Shown here piece by piece: positions 38,095 to 43,962 of a DNA stretch of 43,962 nucleotides (within the stretch, counting starts at the first letter, position 1; every line of letters starts with the position of its first letter). The stretch comes from Pseudobdellovibrionaceae bacterium (GTDB lineage: Bacteria; Bdellovibrionota; Bdellovibrionia; Bdellovibrionales; JAMPXM01). The notes under the pieces were generated by a model that saw nothing but the letters and a program-made list of their open reading frames with translations, did not search any database and was not told the DNA's origin. Both the position numbers and the translations under genes were made by a program. The stretch spans positions 1 through 43,962 of the forward strand of contig JAMPXM010000003.1 of the NCBI GenBank assembly GCA_023701225.1, given 5' to 3'.

Positions 38095-40362
38095 AGAGCC
38101 CGCCGCAGAGACAACCGACACGGTTGCAAAGCCCTCTGGGACATTGAAAATCACGTAACCGCCACCCGCCACTCCGCTTGGACTCCAGAGCGCGTGGCCG
38201 CGCGCATCGAAATAAACGATCTTCGCCTGCTTGGCCGCGGCTTCTGGACGAAGATGAACTTGGTAGCCACTGCGCGCTTCGACGAAGCCAACGACAGTGC
38301 CTGAGGCTGGATCTTTTGAAATCCGACGATGATTGCGGACCTCGTCAACCCACCGCTGCTCGACCATTGGCGCATAAACAAACCCGCGTTCGCGCGGAAG
38401 ATTGATACGCGTCAGTGAGAATTGATCGCCCGCATCGACATCGAGAGTGATCAAACCTGTACCCAAAGCATAATTCAGCTTCGTGTGTCCGCTTGCGCCA
38501 ACGGAAAAGGCGGACTCTGAACCCACGGGCGTGATTTCCGCGGCCAACGGCACGTCCGTGCGGAAGGCATCGAACACACGAATGTCGATCTTGCGAGAGC
38601 GCTCCACTTCAAGATCGATACTCGACACATATTCCGCCTCGACCGGGAACAGTACGGGTTCCATGCCCACCTGACCATAAAACGCCTGAACGGCGTGCAC
38701 TCCCGGCTCGCGGATAATGAACGCGTAAGCTCCGTTGGCGGATGTGGCCGTCAAACTCGGGTCGGGTATGAAAAGGGAATTAAAATAGATCGGCTTGACG
38801 TTCTCTTCGCCCGTGAGCAGTTCCACGGTTGCTCCGGCAACGGGTTGGCGTCCTTGGCTCACGCGCCCCCAAACGACCGCGATCGGCTCGCGAGCATCCA
38901 AACCGCTGAGATGGCGGAATGCCGACATCATAGAATTGGGGAATAGCATGAGCTTGTTATCGCTTCCGGCTTCGACGAAAGCGAGGGTACCCCAATGACC
39001 CTGTTTACGGACCTTGGTAATAACAACCGAACCCGGCGCGATATCGTCGTCTTGAAACCGCCCATCGGCGCGCGCCACCAATGCCTGATCGATTTCTTCC
39101 AAATCCACGGCCGCACCCGGAATCGTCATGACTTTGTCCGCATGACTATAAGCAGATAGCACCTGGCCACGAATGCCGCGAATCACGGGTTGCATCGTCA
39201 GCTTGAGACCGTCGACTTGATACTGATTCGGGCGCGCCCGCACCGTCGAGAGCTCGATATGCCCGCGACCGAGGACATCGCCCGACGCGGTTTGCAACTC
39301 GCCGACAAGTTGGCCGAGTGTTTCCTGGAGATAAATTTCGTAACGGCCGTCACGTAACCAGACATAGCCCGATTCCAGACGCTCGCCTTCGGCTTCACGA
39401 TAAACCACGATTTGATCCGACGATGACGTCAAGGCAAGGCCGCCCGTCATCTCCAAAGGACCGGCAACGACCAGTTGATGTAACGTCGCGGCTGGCGCCT
39501 CTTCGGTCAACGCTTGGCGAGTGACCTGCTGCTCTGTCTCTCGTTTTTGCGCAGATCGACGGTCCGACAAGCCGCCCACACGGACTTGGGTCGGAGAAGT
39601 CCGTGCGCGTGTTCCCACAGAAGCGGCCACGGCTGCACGCGCATGATTTTGGTCTGCCGTGACGAGCGGAAAGAAAAGGCTACGAATCAATTCCGATCGC
39701 TCGATCTTCAACTCGGAGAGTCGGATTGTTTGGACAGCATGCTCGACAGGCGGGCGAGCCGCCGGCACTTCCGGCGCCGGTACATCCAATGCGCGAATCT
39801 GGCCGCCCGATACGAGCAAAGAACCAGGATCGGCGACGATCGCCCCCAACTCATCTGTTTCCGCTTGCACGGCGGAGGAAACAGCGAGGCTCGCTTGAAC
39901 CGCCTTCGGCGATACGGAGGCAGACGACTCCGCCAGAACCACACGCTCTTGTTGGTTCTGATTCATCCGCTGCGCCAATTTTTCGACGTCAGTCGCGATC
40001 TGCGCCTGCGTTATGCGAGCGGCCCGCTCGCGGGCTTCTTCAACCGCATGATTGGACGCCAGGATTTCTTGCGCCTTGGTGGTGAATTCCCGTTCACCAC
40101 TGGCCAAAATCTCCATCGGAGTAAAGGGCGAGAGATCGTCGAAATCGGTTTCCGCATCCCCGATCGTGTCTTCGAGAGCGGCGAACGCCGGTGAAGCGCG
40201 ATTGATTTGAATCTTCAAACCTTCGGCAAATGTACGCACATCAGTATCGGCGGGAGTCGGTGGATCAAGCCAAATCAGCGCCGGCAACGTCGCCGCAAGC
40301 GCAAGGCCGCAGGCGAAATGCAGAGGGAACTTGCGTTTTTTCGGCCGGCGAAAACGATACAC
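38023..40362 (-). CDS. Large hypothetical membrane-anchored protein with prealbumin/carboxypeptidase-regulatory-like beta domains
   Basis: Basic N-terminus plus TM helix; Ala-rich linker; GRV..G.QPVAGATVEL and TSANGAYAF motifs. Confidence 0.7.
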   Translation of the reverse strand: MYRFRRPKKRKFPLHFACGLALAATLPALIWLDPPTPADTDVRTFAEGLKIQINRASPAFAALEDTIGDAETDFDDLSPFTPMEILASGEREFTTKAQEILASNHAVEEARERAARITQAQIATDVEKLAQRMNQNQQERVVLAESSASVSPKAVQASLAVSSAVQAETDELGAIVADPGSLLVSGGQIRALDVPAPEVPAARPPVEHAVQTIRLSELKIERSELIRSLFFPLVTADQNHARAAVAASVGTRARTSPTQVRVGGLSDRRSAQKRETEQQVTRQALTEEAPAATLHQLVVAGPLEMTGGLALTSSSDQIVVYREAEGERLESGYVWLRDGRYEIYLQETLGQLVGELQTASGDVLGRGHIELSTVRARPNQYQVDGLKLTMQPVIRGIRGQVLSAYSHADKVMTIPGAAVDLEEIDQALVARADGRFQDDDIAPGSVVITKVRKQGHWGTLAFVEAGSDNKLMLFPNSMMSAFRHLSGLDAREPIAVVWGRVSQGRQPVAGATVELLTGEENVKPIYFNSLFIPDPSLTATSANGAYAFIIREPGVHAVQAFYGQVGMEPVLFPVEAEYVSSIDLEVERSRKIDIRVFDAFRTDVPLAAEITPVGSESAFSVGASGHTKLNYALGTGLITLDVDAGDQFSLTRINLPRERGFVYAPMVEQRWVDEVRNHRRISKDPASGTVVGFVEARSGYQVHLRPEAAAKQAKIVYFDARGHALWSPSGVAGGGYVIFNVPEGFATVSVVSAAGSSKIQSVTALTESRVINVFNHSLR

Positions 40363-40456
40363 GTTCTGGTTCTTCCCTTGTCAAATCCGTTTGCAAACGG
40401 GAAAGCGCTCATCGAGGGCCATGCCCTCGTTAACAGCGAACGGTATATTTAGGCTC

Positions 40457-40948
40457 TCAAAACGGACGAAAATCGTCAATGACGTTGCGGTCTTCGCGAC
40501 TCTTGGCCAAGGCCACCTGCAAGCGTGCTGCGATTTGCCTGGACAGATTTTTGTCTAGTCCTGTTTGGCGATAACCAGAATTTGTTTTCTTTTCGCGATA
40601 AACGCGAATGGATGTTTGATAGGGCCGGCTATCGCCTAGAATCATGATATGCGCATAGGCGCGTTCCCGCTTGTCGGTACCGTCCGCAGTAAAGTCCCCA
40701 TAGGGGGAAAAATAGTTCGAAAAGAACTCTCGCTGATTTTCGCTCTTCACGCGAATACCGCGAGGAATCTGCTGCTGAATCACGTATTGCAGTAGGTTGA
40801 GAGACGTCGTGGGCTGGTTCTTGATAAGCACGCCCGACGCGCACCCCGTGGTTAACCAAACCAATATCGAGGTGGCGGCCAGGATAACCAGACTGGAGGC
40901 CAGGCGACCGACCTGGTGAGTCGGCCGCGACTTCCGGGAAAAAATCAC
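40457..40948 (-). CDS. Hypothetical lipoprotein
   Basis: GTG overlaps the tal stop (GTGA); hydrophobic stretch followed by LTTGC lipobox. Confidence 0.65.
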   Translation of the reverse strand: MIFSRKSRPTHQVGRLASSLVILAATSILVWLTTGCASGVLIKNQPTTSLNLLQYVIQQQIPRGIRVKSENQREFFSNYFSPYGDFTADGTDKRERAYAHIMILGDSRPYQTSIRVYREKKTNSGYRQTGLDKNLSRQIAARLQVALAKSREDRNVIDDFRPF

Positions 40949-41589
40949 TTCGGGACCTTTTCCCAATCTTTCAGGAACTGCTGAATACCCGCATCCGTGA
41001 GTGGATGCTTCGCGAGTTGCTGCATCACTTTGTATGGGCAAGTCACAATATCAGCGCCGATCTGCGCGCTCTCTAGCACATGAATGGGATGGCGCACGCT
41101 CGCAACCAGGATTTCAGTCTGGTAGCCGTAGTTGTCATAGATCTGACGAATTTGACTGATCAACTCCATGCCCGATGTGGAAATGTCGTCCAACCGGCCC
41201 ACGAACGGCGACACCATCGAGGCTCCGGCTTTTGCAACCATCAGAGCTTGGATTGGCGAGAAGACGAGCGTCACATTGGTCTTGATTTTTTCCGCGGCAA
41301 AACGACGCACGGCAATCAGACCTTGCTCGGTCATGGGAATTTTCACGACAACGTTGTCGTGAAGCTTCGCGAGTTCCAAACCTTCAGAGAACATTTTATC
41401 GGCTTCGAGACTCACGACTTCAGCGGAGATGGGGCCATCCACTGCCATGCAAATTTCTTTAATGACGTCGTTCATCTTTTTGCCGGTCTTGGCAATCAAT
41501 GTCGGATTGGTCGTGACTCCATCAACCCAACCGCGTGCGGTGGCTTCGCGAATTTCGGAAATATCCGCCGAATCGATGAAAAACTTCAT
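40945..41589 (-). CDS. tal: Transaldolase (short Tal/Fsa family)
   Basis: [13 protein letters not shown] and TNVTL motifs. SAEV (Glu) and SPFVGR (Phe) are transaldolase-type rather than FSA-type residues. Confidence 0.9.
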   Translation of the reverse strand: MKFFIDSADISEIREATARGWVDGVTTNPTLIAKTGKKMNDVIKEICMAVDGPISAEVVSLEADKMFSEGLELAKLHDNVVVKIPMTEQGLIAVRRFAAEKIKTNVTLVFSPIQALMVAKAGASMVSPFVGRLDDISTSGMELISQIRQIYDNYGYQTEILVASVRHPIHVLESAQIGADIVTCPYKVMQQLAKHPLTDAGIQQFLKDWEKVPK

Positions 41590-41689
41590 TACGATCTCCT
41601 TGCGCAGAATTGGCGTGAAAAGGCTCGTTTCGGTTTATGATTCAATGGGTTAAAAAGCAAGAGAAGCTTCGGCTTCCACGTCGAGTCCA

Positions 41690-42406
41690 TCATGACCGGA
41701 TGACATCCGCCATTGTGTACACTCCCGCCGGGCGCCCCCGAATCCAACGCGCCGCACGCAGAGCGCCCCGTGCGAACACTCTCCGGTTCAGCGCGGAATG
41801 CTCCAGCGTGATGGTCTCTTCTTCCCCCATCGCCCAGATTTTGTGAATGCCGAAGACTCCGCCGCCGCGAATCGCGAGTGGCTCGGGCGTCGGACCGACT
41901 GCGGCCTCCAGCTTGTCTTGCAAAAACAACGCTGTGCCGCTCGGTTTATCTTTTTTGTGCTTGTGATGCGTTTCTTCGATTTGAAACTCAAAACCCTGCA
42001 GGCTTTTGAAGCCCGCGAGCATTTCCGCAAGCACAGCCACGCCCACGCTCATGTTCGGTGCCCACAGCACAGGTATGATTTGTCCAAGCGAGGAGATCTT
42101 CTTTTTTTGAGCAGCCGAAAGACCCGTGACGCCACTGACCAATGCGGTTCGGTTGGTCTTGCACCACGTGCACACCTCGTCCAATACCTCAGGTAGGGAA
42201 AAATCAATAACCACGTCGATTTTGCCCTTCGGCAAGCCACTCATCTTGCGGACGACATTCGGCGCCGGCAAGTCCGCCCGCCGCGAGACGGTGGCCACAA
42301 TTTCCAATGATGGATCCGTTGCAGCCAACGACAAAATCTCCTGGCCCATTCGTCCTGAGCCACCGATCACAGCGATTCGTAGTTGGTTTGCTTTCGACTT
42401 CGCCAT
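41690..42406 (-). CDS. dapB: 4-hydroxy-tetrahydrodipicolinate reductase
   Basis: GGSGRMG, IDFS, PNMSVGV, ETHHKHKKDKPSGTA and FARGA motifs. Confidence 0.95.
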   Translation of the reverse strand: MAKSKANQLRIAVIGGSGRMGQEILSLAATDPSLEIVATVSRRADLPAPNVVRKMSGLPKGKIDVVIDFSLPEVLDEVCTWCKTNRTALVSGVTGLSAAQKKKISSLGQIIPVLWAPNMSVGVAVLAEMLAGFKSLQGFEFQIEETHHKHKKDKPSGTALFLQDKLEAAVGPTPEPLAIRGGGVFGIHKIWAMGEEETITLEHSALNRRVFARGALRAARWIRGRPAGVYTMADVIRS

Positions 42407-43284
42407 CACAGCAATCCAGCACTTTGCATTTTGTGACGCAATTGCGTGATGTGCGGTTCTTGTAGCGGCACCAACGGGAGGCGCATGTCCGGTGTCGCGA
42501 TGATGCCCATCAAATAAAGCGCGGTCTTAACCGGAATCGGATTGGCTTCCACGTACAGATAATCGATCAAATCCTTATACTTTGCGAAGTCCGCTTTCCA
42601 TTCCCCGCGCTGAGCGCGCGCGTCCTTGTACCACTTCACGAACTGACCCGGCAAAATGTGCGAGGCGACGGAGATCACACCAACGCCGCCCACGGTCGTC
42701 AGATCCAAATAAGTCGCGTCATCACCGCTTGTGACTAAGAATCCTGGCTTGCTTCCTGCGATCACCTTTTTGCCGAGTTCGATATCTCCCGTCGCCTCTT
42801 TGACGCCGACAATGCCTTGCACATAGCTCAGTTCCAGCATCGTTTCCGGCTCAAGACGCGTGATCGTTCGACCTGGCACGTTGTAGAGAAGGATCGGGAG
42901 TGACGTCGACGCGGCAATCGCCTTGTAATGTGCGACCAGGCCACGCTGCGGCGGTTTGTTATAGTACGGAACCACGACCAGAGCCGCATCCGCCCCGATC
43001 GCTTCCGCTTGCTGAGTTGCCTCTATGGTTGCACGCGTGTCGTTGGACCCGGTTCCCATCACCAAAGGAACACGACCGCCTGATTCCGCACGCACACATG
43101 CGAAAATATCCAGACGCTCCTGCCGCGAGAGACATGGGCTTTCGGCGGTCGTTCCATTGATGACAAACCCTGAGATTCCATTATCGAGCTGAAAGCGCAC
43201 CAGCTTTTTGAGCGAGTCAAAATCCACCGCGCCATCGCGAAATGGAGTCACCAAGGCGGTCAACACGCCTGAGAGGTCTTTCAT
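42406..43284 (-). CDS. dapA: 4-hydroxy-tetrahydrodipicolinate synthase
   Basis: TALVTPF, GTTAES, PYYNKP, YNVPGRT, GVKEA and SGDD motifs. Confidence 0.96.
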   Translation of the reverse strand: MKDLSGVLTALVTPFRDGAVDFDSLKKLVRFQLDNGISGFVINGTTAESPCLSRQERLDIFACVRAESGGRVPLVMGTGSNDTRATIEATQQAEAIGADAALVVVPYYNKPPQRGLVAHYKAIAASTSLPILLYNVPGRTITRLEPETMLELSYVQGIVGVKEATGDIELGKKVIAGSKPGFLVTSGDDATYLDLTTVGGVGVISVASHILPGQFVKWYKDARAQRGEWKADFAKYKDLIDYLYVEANPIPVKTALYLMGIIATPDMRLPLVPLQEPHITQLRHKMQSAGLL

Positions 43285-43962
43285 CGCAAAATCTCCTCAC
43301 GAATAATGCCTTCGCCGATCACGACAGCAGGTCCGATAAGCGTCACGACTTTTAAATCGGCGGAAAAGCGAACACGTAAACTGCCGCCTGGCGTCTGCAC
43401 TTGCACTTCCCGCACCGTCGAACGTGAGTCTTGATTCACGATCCCCGCACTCACCGCCGCCGCGGCAAGGACGCCTGTACCACACGACAGCGTAAAGCCC
43501 TCCACGCCGCGCTCAAAAGTCACCGTCCGGATTTGATCCGGTGACTGCACTTCCACGAATGTCACATTGGTGCCCGCAGGACCTGTTTCCGGATGAAATC
43601 TCAAAGCCGGAACGTCACTGGCAAAGGCGGCAGCATCATCGATCACCTTCACGGGCACCACGGCGTGTGGGACTCCGGTGTTCAGCAACAGTGCGCTTTT
43701 GGTTGCGCCATCGGACTGATAGGTTAACGCTTTCGAAGCCCACTCCACAAACGTCAGCTCCGCCAGAAAATTGTCCTGTTCAGAGAGAACGGTCACAGGA
43801 CCACGTGCCGTCATAAAACGAATTTCCGAAAGACCAAGCACATGTTGTACCCACCGGCCCATGCAGCGAAGCGCGTTGCCGCACATCGCCGCACGCGAGC
43901 CATCGGAGTTGTAGAAATCCCATTGGACCGTGACGCCATCGCCCGCGTGGCTCTCGACAAAG
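43281..43962 (-). CDS. dapF: Diaminopimelate epimerase, start lies beyond the right edge
   Basis: Frame is open to the edge: FYNSDGS.AAMCGNALRC, TGVPH, NV.F and ERGVEGFTLSCGTG. Confidence 0.94.
   Translation of the reverse strand, partial: FVESHAGDGVTVQWDFYNSDGSRAAMCGNALRCMGRWVQHVLGLSEIRFMTARGPVTVLSEQDNFLAELTFVEWASKALTYQSDGATKSALLLNTGVPHAVVPVKVIDDAAAFASDVPALRFHPETGPAGTNVTFVEVQSPDQIRTVTFERGVEGFTLSCGTGVLAAAAVSAGIVNQDSRSTVREVQVQTPGGSLRVRFSADLKVVTLIGPAVVIGEGIIREEILR

Overview
A gene-dense 44 kb chromosomal segment, most likely from a predatory Bdellovibrionota bacterium. That assignment is inferred from gene content and order (PilT, subtilase, MltD-like transglycosylase, many unknown lipoproteins) and is not proven. 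Most of it is housekeeping: a variant arginine succinyltransferase operon (astC-M20 peptidase-astA-astD), BatE-like/cNMP/AI-2E genes, bamD-TPR-hpt, the rplU-rpmA-obgE-nadD::rsfS-rlmH-comF-lolA-yajQ-rimO cluster, rng, pilT, deoC-pdp-punA-deaminase nucleoside salvage, propionyl-CoA carboxylase plus methylmalonyl-CoA mutase, tal and dapF-dapA-dapB. I found no tRNA, rRNA, CRISPR array or mobile element. The most interesting region is 9172-12720: an uncharacterised three-gene envelope operon (TatT/TPR-like secreted protein, outer-membrane beta-barrel, lipoprotein). Its leader holds an unannotated 25-aa hydrophobic peptide ORF, a sigma70 promoter inside a palindrome, an anti-SD element and a FliA-like promoter. 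Other leads are a small secreted protein made of three Cys-paired 31-aa repeats, a NadD-RsfS fusion, a 14-bp VNTR, and enzymes with atypical active-site motifs (AstA, Hpt). All protein calls come from motif recognition by eye; no searches were run.
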